This document shows positions 53,225 to 62,971 of a stretch of 64,000 nucleotides of DNA, piece by piece (the first letter of the stretch is position 1; every line of letters begins with the position of its first letter). The notes below the pieces were generated by a model that made no database searches, had not been told where the DNA came from, and worked only from the letters and a program-made list of their open reading frames with translations. The translations under genes were made by a program, and so were the position numbers. The DNA is from an uncultured Atopobiaceae bacterium (GTDB taxonomy: Bacteria > Actinomycetota > Coriobacteriia > Coriobacteriales > Atopobiaceae): NCBI GenBank assembly GCA_947625405.1, contig CANQOF010000011.1:6926-70925 (forward strand), in the 5' to 3' direction.

Positions 53225-55588
53225 CTAGACGATTTGATAGTGGCAGTGGGCGGGCAGGAAGTTCGGGTTATAGAAGCGGTCGCCCTTGGAGAGGTAGTCG
53301 GTCCAGCGGCCCATGAAGATGCCCTCCTCGAAACGCAGGCGCTCGCAGACCTTCGGATCCTCCGGCGCGTCGGGGCGGCCGTAGCGCGCGTGCGGCATCA
53401 CGCGCCCGTGGCGCGCGGCCATCTCGATTTCGAGCACCGCTTGCGGCGCCATCACGATGTCGCGCTTCTCCTCGCGAAGGCGCAGGCAGAAGTCCACGTC
53501 GGCGAGGCCGAGCGCGAGATCCTCGTCAAAGCCGCCCACCCGCTCGAAGTCCTCGCGCTTCACCGCAAGGCACGAGCCCGAGACGGCGCTCACGCCATGC
53601 GGAAGGTGAATGAGGCCATAGACGCCGGGAAGGGTGTTCGGGAAGAGGTGGCTCGTGTAGCGCGGCGCGCTCTTCGGGATGCAGATGCCCGAGTGGTGGA
53701 TGAGGCCGTCGGCGTAGAGCATCTTCGCGCCCGTCACGGCCACGCCCGGCCGCTCGAGCGGGCCCACGAGGCAAGAGAGCCAGTCCTCGGAGAGCGGCGT
53801 GCAGATCGCGTCGAAGAAGACGAGGATCTCGCCCGACGTCTCGCGCGCGGCGGCGTTGCGCGCCTCGCCCCAGCCCTTGCCCGCCACGTCCACCACGGAG
53901 AGGGCGACGTTTGGCCCGAGCGTGGGCTCGAGCGCCTCGAGGCAGGCGGAAAGGCGCGTGGGATCCCCCGCGTGCGCCACGATGAGCGAGATCGCGCGCT
54001 CGGGGTCCGCGTGGTAGCGCACGAGGTTCGCGTTCACCTCGGGCAGGCGCTCCACCGTCACGGGCAAGCCCTCGCGCTCCACGTGCGCGCGCACGCACGC
54101 GAGCTCGGCCACCTCCCACTCCGCGCGCGGCGGACGCGTGGACACCTCGTCGCGCTCGTGGAGGCGCGTGTGGTAGAGGATCGAGCGCACGTGGAAGACG
54201 TTGCGCGCACGCTCCGTCACCTTCAGGCACAGCGCGTGGCCATAGGCGGCGTTCATCGCCGCGCCGGGAAGCTCGCCCTCGGTATCCATCTCGGCGAGAA
54301 GATCGCGACGCACGCACACGAAGTGGCGGATGTAGTCCCTCGCCATGAGGTACTCGTGGTCGTAATCGGGCTTGAAGAAGCCCTGAGAGTAGCGCCCGTG
54401 GAGGAACGTGTCCTCATCGCAGTAGAAGAGGTCGGTCTCGGGGCGCTGCGCGAGGCCTTGCGCGTAGCGGAAGAGGCAGTCCGGCGTGAGGAGGTCGTCG
54501 TGGTCGAGAAGGCCCACGAACTCTCCCGTCGCGGCGCGGATGCCCGTGTTCGTGTTCTCGGCGATACCGCCGTTTTCCTCGAGATTGATCACCTTCACCC
54601 GCGAATCGGCCGCGCGCTCGGCCACCTGCCTGGCGAGGCGCTCCTCCTCTGGAGTCGCGTTCACGAAGATGAGCTCCCAGTGCGGGTAGGTCTGCGCGAA
54701 GACCGAATCCGCCATCTCGTCGAAGACGCTCGCCTTCGTGTGGAAGAGCGGCACGACGATGGAGAAGGTGGGCTTCACGGAGAGCTCGGTGCCGCGTTGG
54801 ATGGCGAGCGTGCGATCGCTCGCGCGGCCATGCTCGAGGAACCACTCGTGGTAGGCCGGGCTTATGCCCGAGGAATACACGGTGCGCGCCCATTCGTCGC
54901 GCAGGGCGAGCGCGCGGCCCGGCTCGACGCAGCAGAACCCGTCGCGCACGAAACGCTCGGAGAACTGCGCCCAGACGATGAAGTGCCCGAGGGCGCGCGG
55001 CACCTTCGCCGAGTATTGGATGCGCCAGATCGTGGCGCCGTTCGAAAGCGGTTCGCGCTCGGTGTCGAGGACGATGAAGGGCTCCTGGAGGGCGGGCTGG
55101 CCCATGCCGTCGAGGACGGTGATGTCCACCGTGCCCTCGGGCACGCCCTTCGGCACGTACGCCTCCACCACGCCGTGGATCACGTCGATGCCGTTCGCGG
55201 TGCCGAAGAGGCGCTCCACGCTCACCCACGCGGTGTCCACGCAGGGGATGCGGTCGCAGTTGCGCGCGTCCTCGAGGCCGATCTGCCTCCGCGCGCCCTG
55301 CCAGGTGGAAAGCGAGCTCACCCGCGCGTCGATGCGGTAGGTCTGCGCCTCCACGACCGCGCCGAACGCGTCCTCGGCGAAGACGCTCACCACCTGCTCG
55401 AGGCGAAGCTGCGGCACCACGAGCACGTAGGCGCCCTTCTTGGGAGTCGACACCACCTGCGCCGGCAATTCCCGGCCGTTTCCCGCGGTCGAGCGCGCGT
55501 GCATCGAGCCTCCCAGAGGCACCTCGCAGGTGAGGGAGACGTAGATCTTTCCGCCGCCGCGTTGGGACTGTCCGAAGCGTATGGCCAT
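53225..55588 (-). CDS. multidomain glycosyltransferase family 2 protein (787 aa), paralog 2
   Basis: FSIVVPLFHT...LLDHDDLL is the first GT2 module and a second GT2 module lies C-terminal. ATG at 55588 has GAGGAAG upstream. Confidence 0.8.
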   Translation of the reverse strand: MAIRFGQSQRGGGKIYVSLTCEVPLGGSMHARSTAGNGRELPAQVVSTPKKGAYVLVVPQLRLEQVVSVFAEDAFGAVVEAQTYRIDARVSSLSTWQGARRQIGLEDARNCDRIPCVDTAWVSVERLFGTANGIDVIHGVVEAYVPKGVPEGTVDITVLDGMGQPALQEPFIVLDTEREPLSNGATIWRIQYSAKVPRALGHFIVWAQFSERFVRDGFCCVEPGRALALRDEWARTVYSSGISPAYHEWFLEHGRASDRTLAIQRGTELSVKPTFSIVVPLFHTKASVFDEMADSVFAQTYPHWELIFVNATPEEERLARQVAERAADSRVKVINLEENGGIAENTNTGIRAATGEFVGLLDHDDLLTPDCLFRYAQGLAQRPETDLFYCDEDTFLHGRYSQGFFKPDYDHEYLMARDYIRHFVCVRRDLLAEMDTEGELPGAAMNAAYGHALCLKVTERARNVFHVRSILYHTRLHERDEVSTRPPRAEWEVAELACVRAHVEREGLPVTVERLPEVNANLVRYHADPERAISLIVAHAGDPTRLSACLEALEPTLGPNVALSVVDVAGKGWGEARNAAARETSGEILVFFDAICTPLSEDWLSCLVGPLERPGVAVTGAKMLYADGLIHHSGICIPKSAPRYTSHLFPNTLPGVYGLIHLPHGVSAVSGSCLAVKREDFERVGGFDEDLALGLADVDFCLRLREEKRDIVMAPQAVLEIEMAARHGRVMPHARYGRPDAPEDPKVCERLRFEEGIFMGRWTDYLSKGDRFYNPNFLPAHCHYQIV

Positions 55589-55647
55589 GGTGCTTCCTCT
55601 CGCGCTTGCCTCGCCTTTCCGAAGGTGCGGATCCTGCCGGGCCCTCG

Positions 55648-58137
55648 TTAATCCTCGACGGCGTAGAGCGAGGGGCTCCAGCCGAGCGTGAAGTAGTTGT
55701 TGTGGTAGGCGTAGCGGTGGTCGTAGAAGGGGTCGCCCTGCGTGTAGAGCTCGGTCCAACGAAGCATCGTCTCGCCGATCTCCGCCACGAGGCGCGTTTC
55801 CTTCAGCTTGTCATCGTAGTCGAGGCCACGGCTATAGGACTCGTAGTGCCAGAGCCGAGCGCGGGGCTCGTAGACGACGCCGTAGCCGGCATCGCGGATG
55901 TCCACGCAGAGCTGCACGTCGTTGTAGGCGATGGGCAGGCGCTCGTCGAAGCCGCCGATCTCGCTGAAGACGCTTCGCGCCACCATCACGCACGCGCCGG
56001 TGAGTGCCGTGGATTGGCGCGTGTGGAAACGCGTGAGGCCTTGATAAGCGTCGTAGCTGGGAGGCTCGAAGAGCTCGAGGTGGAGCGGGCCCTCGGCTTG
56101 GATGATCACGCCACCGTGCTGGAGGAGCTCGTCGGGATAGAGCAGGTGCGCACCCACCGCGCCCGCGTCGCCGCGCGTGAGGGGGCCAAGGAGGAGTTCG
56201 ACCCAGCGCGGTTCGATGACCTCGGTGTCGTTGTTGAGGAAGAGCAGCATCTCGCCCTTCGCCTCGCGCGCGCCGAGGTTGCAGATCGCGGAGAAGTTGA
56301 AGGGACCCTCGTAGCGGATGACGCGCACGCGAGGATCGCCCTCGAGCGAGCGGTAATACGCGAAGGTCTCGGGCTCGGTGGAGTTGTTCTCCACGACGAT
56401 GATCTCGTAGCGAGGATAGGTGCTCTTCGAGGTGATCGAATCAAGGCAGCGCCTGAGCACCGGCACCGAGTCCTTGTTCGGGATGATGACGGAAACGAGC
56501 GGGCTCCCTAGGGGCTCGTAGTCCACGTGGCGGCCTGCGCCCGCGTCTTTATCGGGGAGCACCGTCGCCGAGATGCCCGAGCGCGCGAAGTGCGCCTCGA
56601 GGACCTCTTGGCATTGCGCGTCCTCGGGGGTGCCAAGGGCGGGGGTCGTCTCCGTGCGCATCGAGAGGCCGCTCGCGTTCAGGCGGTGGTAGAGCACCTG
56701 CGGCACATGGCGGATGGGCTCGCCGCTCTCGAGCGCGGCGAGCGCGAATTCGAGATCGAGCGCCCTGCCCCTCGCGTCTCGCGACGCGAGGTCGCGCGCA
56801 TCGAGGCAGCGGCGATCGACGAGCGCGGGGCGCCCCGTGGCGCCCATCGAGTAGAGGTAGTCGCGGTCGAACTCCGTCTTGAGAAATCCCTGCTGGTACC
56901 ACGCGTGCCCATCCTCGCCATGGGTGCGGATGTCCTGGTCGGCGAAGGCCATCGCGGGCATAGGGCCGGGATCGCCCCTCACGCCGCCGAGCGCCTCGCA
57001 AAGCTTGAAGAGGGCATCCGGCTCGAGCACGTCGCCCGCGTCGACGAGCCCGGCGAAGCGCCCCTGCGCCTCGAAGAGCGCGTCCGCGGGCGTGAGCACG
57101 TGGATGCCAAGCTCCGCCTGCTCGGCGAGGAGGGCGCGCTTGCTCTTTTCGTGCCACGCGGGGCCATGCCAATAGGTCGTTGCCTCGGGGCTCGTGTTGC
57201 CGTAGCCGATGAGCTCCCAGTTGCCGTGCGTCTGCGCCTCGAGCGAGGCGACGGTCTCCTCGAGCGCACGGGGCTCCGCCTGCTCGAGGTCCACCAGCAG
57301 CGAGACGGAGAAGGGCAGCTCCTCATGGCGCTCGCGCTCGAGCTCGAGGGCGCTCACCTGCTGCTTTTCGACGTACCAGTTGTGGTAGCCGGAGCCATCG
57401 GGCCGCGTGGCCCTGCGCCCCGCGTCCATCTCGCGATGGAAGGCGAGCGTGGGCGCGTCGAGGCTGAGGAATCCGTCGGGGATGCGATGGCTTGGGTGGC
57501 GCACCCAAAGCGTGAACGAGCGCACCCCGCGGGAAATCGTCTGGGAGTAGCGCACGGTGCGGAGGTAGGAGCCGTCCGGCTGCCTCTCCACCGCGTCGCG
57601 GTTCACCACGAGCCGCGCGCCCTTGATGGCGCGCCCGAAGGCGTCGATGAGGCGCGTCTCGAAGGGCCGCGCGAGCTCGACGGGGTCGTTTCCCGAGAAC
57701 TCGATCGTGCCGTGGAGCACGTCGACGCGCTCGAAGTCCGTGTAGAGGCGCTCGAGCTCTACGTAGGTGGCATCCCCGCACGGCTTCTCGTCGATGCCCT
57801 CGAACCACGCCTCGCCCTCGCGGCCCGCGTGCCCCATCGACGTGGAAAGGAACGCAAGCGAAGGGCGGATCATTTGGACTTTTCGGGCCACGCGCTTCCC
57901 ACGCGCATCGAAGACGAGCACGCTCGCGCGGATGGTGGCGAGCAGCGCGGGCACCACGAGCACCTTCTCCTCGTGGCCCCACGGGGAGAGGATCTTCGCG
58001 GGCACGCGATGGCCGCCCGTGGTCCGCGCGTTCACGCCGATGGAGCCGCCGACGGGCAGGTCGAGGCGAAGGGGGACGTACGTCTTGCCCTTCGAAGTCG
58101 CCATTCGGCCGCACACGATGGTCTTTGCGCGCTCCAT
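55648..58137 (-). CDS. multidomain glycosyltransferase family 2 protein (829 aa), paralog 3
   Basis: VSVIIPNKDS...IVVENNST is a GT2 module, and the N-terminal region is homologous to paralogs 2 and 4. ATG at 58137. Confidence 0.8.
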   Translation of the reverse strand: MERAKTIVCGRMATSKGKTYVPLRLDLPVGGSIGVNARTTGGHRVPAKILSPWGHEEKVLVVPALLATIRASVLVFDARGKRVARKVQMIRPSLAFLSTSMGHAGREGEAWFEGIDEKPCGDATYVELERLYTDFERVDVLHGTIEFSGNDPVELARPFETRLIDAFGRAIKGARLVVNRDAVERQPDGSYLRTVRYSQTISRGVRSFTLWVRHPSHRIPDGFLSLDAPTLAFHREMDAGRRATRPDGSGYHNWYVEKQQVSALELERERHEELPFSVSLLVDLEQAEPRALEETVASLEAQTHGNWELIGYGNTSPEATTYWHGPAWHEKSKRALLAEQAELGIHVLTPADALFEAQGRFAGLVDAGDVLEPDALFKLCEALGGVRGDPGPMPAMAFADQDIRTHGEDGHAWYQQGFLKTEFDRDYLYSMGATGRPALVDRRCLDARDLASRDARGRALDLEFALAALESGEPIRHVPQVLYHRLNASGLSMRTETTPALGTPEDAQCQEVLEAHFARSGISATVLPDKDAGAGRHVDYEPLGSPLVSVIIPNKDSVPVLRRCLDSITSKSTYPRYEIIVVENNSTEPETFAYYRSLEGDPRVRVIRYEGPFNFSAICNLGAREAKGEMLLFLNNDTEVIEPRWVELLLGPLTRGDAGAVGAHLLYPDELLQHGGVIIQAEGPLHLELFEPPSYDAYQGLTRFHTRQSTALTGACVMVARSVFSEIGGFDERLPIAYNDVQLCVDIRDAGYGVVYEPRARLWHYESYSRGLDYDDKLKETRLVAEIGETMLRWTELYTQGDPFYDHRYAYHNNYFTLGWSPSLYAVED

Positions 58138-58184
58138 CTTCTCCTTCCCCTCCCCAGTGCCGCTGCGAGTGCCTCGAAGGGCGA

Positions 58185-60629
58185 TCAATCCCATTCGAGC
58201 TGGTAGTGGCATGCGTCCCTCGCGAGCTGGGGGTTATAGAGCGGATCGCCGAAACCCCAATAGCGGCTCCAGCGCGTGCGGAAGAGCCCCTCGTCGTGGC
58301 GCACCCTCTCGCACGCATCGAACGTCGCGGGCGACGCGGGCTGCCCGAGGTAGGAAAACGGCAGCACGCGGCCGTTTTCGGCGCGGCCATGGTAGGTGAG
58401 CTCGGCGCGCGGCACCGCCACCACCGAGCGCCCCGCCTCGCGAAGCCTGAGACAGAGGTCCACGTCGTCGAGGCCGAAGAGGAAGCCCTCGTCGAAGCCG
58501 CCCTGCGCTCGAAACGCACGGGCCTCCACAAGCAGCGCGGTCGCGCTCACGGCGGACACCCCGCGGGTGAACTTCGGCATGCGACGGTAGTAGTCCGCGT
58601 CCTCGGAGTGGAAGGGGACGAGCGCGTTCACGTAGCGCGGCGCCCCGAGGGGAAGGCAGATGCCCACGTGGCGGATGAGGCCATCCTCGTAGACGAGGCC
58701 GGCGCCCGTCACGGCCACGTCCGCGCGCTGGTGCGGCCCGAGGAGCTCCCCCAGCCAGCCGGGCTTTCTCGTGGTCGCGCGATCGTCGAGGAAGAGGAGG
58801 TGCGTGCCCCGCGCTCCCTCGGCGCCGAGATTACGCTCAGCGCCCACGCCCACGCGCTCGCCCACGCGCACCTCGCGAACCGGCACGCCCGCGTAGCGCG
58901 CGAGGTCGAGCGGCGCGTGCTCCTTCGCGAAGGGGTTCACCACCGCCACGTCCTCCAGGAGCTCCCCCGCCTCCTCGAGAAGCGAATCGAGACAGTCGTA
59001 GACGCGCTCGTCGGGCGTCGTGCGACGCACGATCGCGGACACCCGCGCGCCCTCCGGCACGTCGTAGCGCACCCTGTAGATGTTTTGCTCGACGCCCGGC
59101 TCGACGTGCGCGCGAAGGCCCTCGCCCGAGAGGAACGCCTCCAAGGCCCGCCTTCCCGCGTCGTCGGTCCAGGTCTTCGCGCTGTGGCTGATGGATGTGG
59201 AGCCCGCGTGCGCGCGCCAGTGGTAGAGGAACCTGCGCACGTGGTGGATCTTCGCCCCGGTAGCCGCCACGAAGAGCGTGAGCGCGAAGTCCTGCGCGCC
59301 GTCGAACTCCTTGCCGGGAATGCCCCGGCCCCCTCGCAGCTCCTCGAGCATCTTCCGGCTCACGCAGAGGAGGTGCGTGACGTAATTTTGGTTGAGGAGG
59401 AGGTCGAGATTGAAGTCCGGCTTGAAGTAGCCGGAGTGGTACGTGCCGTCGATCAAGAGATCCTCGTCGCAGTAGAGGAGCGCGATCTCGGGGTCCTCGC
59501 GGATGGCCCTCGCGTACTCGAAGAGCGCGTTCGGCTCGAGCACGTCATCGTGGTCGAAGAAGCACACGTACTCGCCCGAGGCGGCGCCGATGCCCACCCG
59601 CGTGTTGAGCGCGATCCCGCGGTTGCCCTCGAGGGGCAGCACGCGGATGCGCGCGTCCGCCGCCTCTGCCTCGGCGAGCGCGCGGGCGAGCGGCGCGTTT
59701 TGCGGCGAGGCGTTCACGAGCAGGAGCTCCCAGCGGGCATACGTCTGCGCCACCACGGAGCGGAGCATGTCCGCGAGGAAATCGAGTGGCGTCTCGAAGA
59801 TCGGCACCACGATGGAGAACACGGGGCCATCCTCCTGCGGCGTGCGCGATTGCAGGACGAGCGCGCGGTCGCTCTCGCGCCCGTTCTCGAGGAACCAGTG
59901 GTGGTAGTCGCCCTTGTTGCTGTCCTTGTGCGTGATGTCCCACCACTCGCCGCGGAGCTTTCCGAGGAGCCAGGGCTCGGCGACGCTGAAGCCCGCCCGA
60001 GAGCCCCATCGCACGCCCATCACGAAGGCGTTGAGCTCGCGGGGCACTCGGAAGGAGAGCTGGAGGCGATGGAGCGCGAAACCCTCGCCCTCGGGCCGGC
60101 GCTCGTGGTCGAGCACGATCGCCGGCGCGATCTCGAAGTGATTTCCCTCGAGGTCGATGAGGGTGAGCTCGGGCTCTCCCGGCTCCTCGCCCTCGGGGAG
60201 GCGCGCGACCACGTCCGCGTGCACCACGTCCGTGCCGTCGTCGAAGTCGATGGCCTTGGTGGGCGAGATCCACACCGCGCTCGGCGTGGGGTTGCGATCG
60301 ACGTTGCGGATGTCGTCGAGGCCGCTCGCCAGGAGCTGCGAGGAAGGCGCCTTGGGGCCGACGGGCCCCGCCACGCGAAGGGGATAGGCCTCGGAAGCCA
60401 CCACGCTCCCGTCCTCGCCTCGAAGCTCGAGCGCGATGTCGTAATCAAAGGCCATGAGCGGGGCGATGAGGATCCACACGCCCGCCTTGGGCGCGCGCAC
60501 GATCGAGACGGGAAGCGCGCTGCCCTGAGGATCCTTCGCCGATGCCGTGATGAGCGCCGATGGATCCGACTCGATGATGACGTAGGCGCGGCCGAAACCG
60601 CGATCCTCGTATCCGAGCCTCAGATCCAT
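58185..60629 (-). CDS. multidomain glycosyltransferase family 2 protein (814 aa), paralog 4
   Basis: FSIVVPIFETP...FFDHDDVL is the first GT2 module, with a C-terminal second module. GAAGGGGG lies upstream of the ATG at 60629. Confidence 0.8.
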   Translation of the reverse strand: MDLRLGYEDRGFGRAYVIIESDPSALITASAKDPQGSALPVSIVRAPKAGVWILIAPLMAFDYDIALELRGEDGSVVASEAYPLRVAGPVGPKAPSSQLLASGLDDIRNVDRNPTPSAVWISPTKAIDFDDGTDVVHADVVARLPEGEEPGEPELTLIDLEGNHFEIAPAIVLDHERRPEGEGFALHRLQLSFRVPRELNAFVMGVRWGSRAGFSVAEPWLLGKLRGEWWDITHKDSNKGDYHHWFLENGRESDRALVLQSRTPQEDGPVFSIVVPIFETPLDFLADMLRSVVAQTYARWELLLVNASPQNAPLARALAEAEAADARIRVLPLEGNRGIALNTRVGIGAASGEYVCFFDHDDVLEPNALFEYARAIREDPEIALLYCDEDLLIDGTYHSGYFKPDFNLDLLLNQNYVTHLLCVSRKMLEELRGGRGIPGKEFDGAQDFALTLFVAATGAKIHHVRRFLYHWRAHAGSTSISHSAKTWTDDAGRRALEAFLSGEGLRAHVEPGVEQNIYRVRYDVPEGARVSAIVRRTTPDERVYDCLDSLLEEAGELLEDVAVVNPFAKEHAPLDLARYAGVPVREVRVGERVGVGAERNLGAEGARGTHLLFLDDRATTRKPGWLGELLGPHQRADVAVTGAGLVYEDGLIRHVGICLPLGAPRYVNALVPFHSEDADYYRRMPKFTRGVSAVSATALLVEARAFRAQGGFDEGFLFGLDDVDLCLRLREAGRSVVAVPRAELTYHGRAENGRVLPFSYLGQPASPATFDACERVRHDEGLFRTRWSRYWGFGDPLYNPQLARDACHYQLEWD

Positions 60630-60688
60630 CGCCGAACCCCCTTCGCCATCCCTCTCCCCGTAGGGTAGCAGGCGAGCTCGACAACAAT

Positions 60689-61828
60689 TCAGCCCTCGCC
60701 GCGAGCGAAGGCCTCATCGAGCGCAGCGAGCGTCGCGTCCCAGCTGCACGCCGTCTCCACGTGCTTCCTCAGCGCCTCGCTCCTCGCCGCGCGCTCCCCG
60801 GGGCTCCACGAGAGCACGCGATCGACCCCCTCGGCGAGCGCGAGCGGGGTCCTGCGATCGAGGATCGCGCCCCAGCTGCGGGCCGCAAGCACTTCGTCTG
60901 CTCCCCCCACCTCGCTCGCCACGATGGGCACGCCCCAGGCGCCCGCCTCGAGGAGCACCGTGGCGAACCCCTCGGAGACGCTCGGGAGCGCGAGCACGCT
61001 CGCCTCGGAGAGGAGCGAGGAGAGGTCGCCGTGGGAGAGCGGGCCGAGGAGGGAGAGATTCTTGGGCGCGTGCGCGCGGATCTCCTCCTCGAGGTCGCCC
61101 TCGCCCGCAAGCACGAACGCCACGCTCGGCAGCATGCGCGCCGCCTCGAGCACGATGCCCGCGCCCTTCGCGGAGGTGAGGCGCCCCGCGTAGACCACGA
61201 GGGGTGCGTCCTCGGAAAGCCCGAGCTCGGCGCGGAAACGGCGGCCGGTGGCCTCCGCGCGAAACGCCGCCGCGTCGATCGCGTTCGGCACCACGAGATC
61301 GGTCTCGATGTCGAATTCTCGAAGCCACGCCGCGCTCTTCGCGGAGATCCCCGCAAAGCGCACCGAGCCCCTCTCCATGTGGCGCGTCACGATTTGCTCG
61401 TAGCGACGTATCGCCACGTCGAACGTGGGATTGTCGAGCGTGAGGTAGCCGGAGCCGTGGTCGAGGACGATCGTGTTCGCGTGCTCCTTGTAGCCCATCG
61501 CCGCCCCCACGAGGGAGAGCGGGTAGAAGCGCGTGTTCACGAGAATGCGCTCCGCCTTCCACCCGGCGAGGTTCTCGAGTTCCTCGCGCACGGAGCCCAC
61601 GAGACGCACCACGGGAAGCCGTCCGTCGAGGAGCGAATGGGACGCGAGCCGCACGACGGTGAAGCCCGCGGCGTCCCGCTCCTCGCCCACGTCCTCGGGC
61701 GAGAGCGCGCTCGTGATCACGCGCACCTCATCTCCTCGCTCGGCGAGGCCCCTCGCGAGGTTTTGCGTAAATCGCTCGACGCCGCCGAGGTGCGGCGGGT
61801 AGAGCGCGGAGAAGATCGCGTAGCGCAT
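60689..61828 (-). CDS. glycosyltransferase family 4 (GT-B fold)
   Basis: The N-terminus is MRYAIFSALYPPHLGGVERF and the C-terminus has the PSVSEGFATVLLEAGAWGVP EX7E-type motif. Confidence 0.85.
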   Translation of the reverse strand: MRYAIFSALYPPHLGGVERFTQNLARGLAERGDEVRVITSALSPEDVGEERDAAGFTVVRLASHSLLDGRLPVVRLVGSVREELENLAGWKAERILVNTRFYPLSLVGAAMGYKEHANTIVLDHGSGYLTLDNPTFDVAIRRYEQIVTRHMERGSVRFAGISAKSAAWLREFDIETDLVVPNAIDAAAFRAEATGRRFRAELGLSEDAPLVVYAGRLTSAKGAGIVLEAARMLPSVAFVLAGEGDLEEEIRAHAPKNLSLLGPLSHGDLSSLLSEASVLALPSVSEGFATVLLEAGAWGVPIVASEVGGADEVLAARSWGAILDRRTPLALAEGVDRVLSWSPGERAARSEALRKHVETACSWDATLAALDEAFARGEG

Positions 61829-61844
61829 GCCGGCTCGCCCGCCC

Positions 61845-62927
61845 TCAGGCCCCGGCCGCGCCGCGGTGGCCGTACATCTGCTCGTAGTAGGCCTGGTAGG
61901 CGCCACTCGTCACGCGCTCCACCCATTCGGCGTGCTTGAGGTACCAGTCGATCGTCTTCTCGATGCCCGCCTCGAAGGGGGTCTCCGGGCGCCATCCGAG
62001 CTCGGCCGCGATCTTTCCCGCGTCGATGCCGTAGCGCCGATCATGGCCCTTGCGATCCTCGACGAAGGTGATGAGCCCGTCGTTTATGGCGGGGTCTTTC
62101 AGGCGCTCCGACACAAGGCGGATGATCGTCTTCACGATGTCGATGTTCGCGCGCTCGTTGTGGCCGCCCACGTTGTAGACCTCGCCCACGCGCCCTTTGC
62201 GAAGCACGAGGTCGATGGCCTTGCAGTGGTCCTCCACGTAGAGCCAATCGCGCACGTTCAGCCCGTCGCCATAGACGGGGAGGGGCTCGTGGCGCACGGC
62301 GTTATGGATCATGAGCGGGATGAGCTTCTCGGGGAACTGGTAGGGCCCGTAGTTGTTCGAGCAGCGCGTGATGAGCACGGGCATGCCGAAGGTGTCGCCG
62401 TAGGCCCCCACGAAGACGTCCGCCGCGGCCTTGGAGGCGGAATAGGGGGAGTGGGGCGAGAGCGGGGTCTTCTCGCCGAAGAACGCGTCCGGCTCGTCGA
62501 GCGAGAGCGTGCCGTAGACCTCGTCGGTGGAAACCTGCAGGTAGCGATGCTCGCCATACCCGCCATCCGTGCCTTCCCACGCCAGGCGGCACACGTTCAG
62601 GAGGTTCACCGTGCCGCCGACGTTGGTGGATTCGAAGATCGAGGGGTCCTCGATCGAGCGGTCGACATGGCTCTCCGCGGCGAAGTTCACCACGTAATCG
62701 GGCCGCTCCCGCTCGATGACGCGAGCCATGGCCTCGGCGCTGCGGATGTCCTCCTGGTAGAACGCGTAGCGCGGATCGCCTTCCACCGAGCGGAGGTTAT
62801 CGAGGTTTCCCGCGTAGGTGAGCGCATCGACGTTGGCCACGCGCGCGCAGCCCTCGCCGCGCAGGAGGTGGAGCACGAAGTTCGATCCGATGAAACCGGC
62901 GCCGCCGGTCACGAGATAGCGTTTCAT
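61845..62927 (-). CDS. rfbB: dTDP-glucose 4,6-dehydratase
   Basis: VTGGAGFIGSNF, the YSASKAA catalytic motif, and full-length RmlB resemblance. Confidence 0.92.
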   Translation of the reverse strand: MKRYLVTGGAGFIGSNFVLHLLRGEGCARVANVDALTYAGNLDNLRSVEGDPRYAFYQEDIRSAEAMARVIERERPDYVVNFAAESHVDRSIEDPSIFESTNVGGTVNLLNVCRLAWEGTDGGYGEHRYLQVSTDEVYGTLSLDEPDAFFGEKTPLSPHSPYSASKAAADVFVGAYGDTFGMPVLITRCSNNYGPYQFPEKLIPLMIHNAVRHEPLPVYGDGLNVRDWLYVEDHCKAIDLVLRKGRVGEVYNVGGHNERANIDIVKTIIRLVSERLKDPAINDGLITFVEDRKGHDRRYGIDAGKIAAELGWRPETPFEAGIEKTIDWYLKHAEWVERVTSGAYQAYYEQMYGHRGAAGA

Positions 62928-62971
62928 GGGGCTTTCGACCTCCCCTCGCGGGCTTTCACGCGCCTCGCCGC

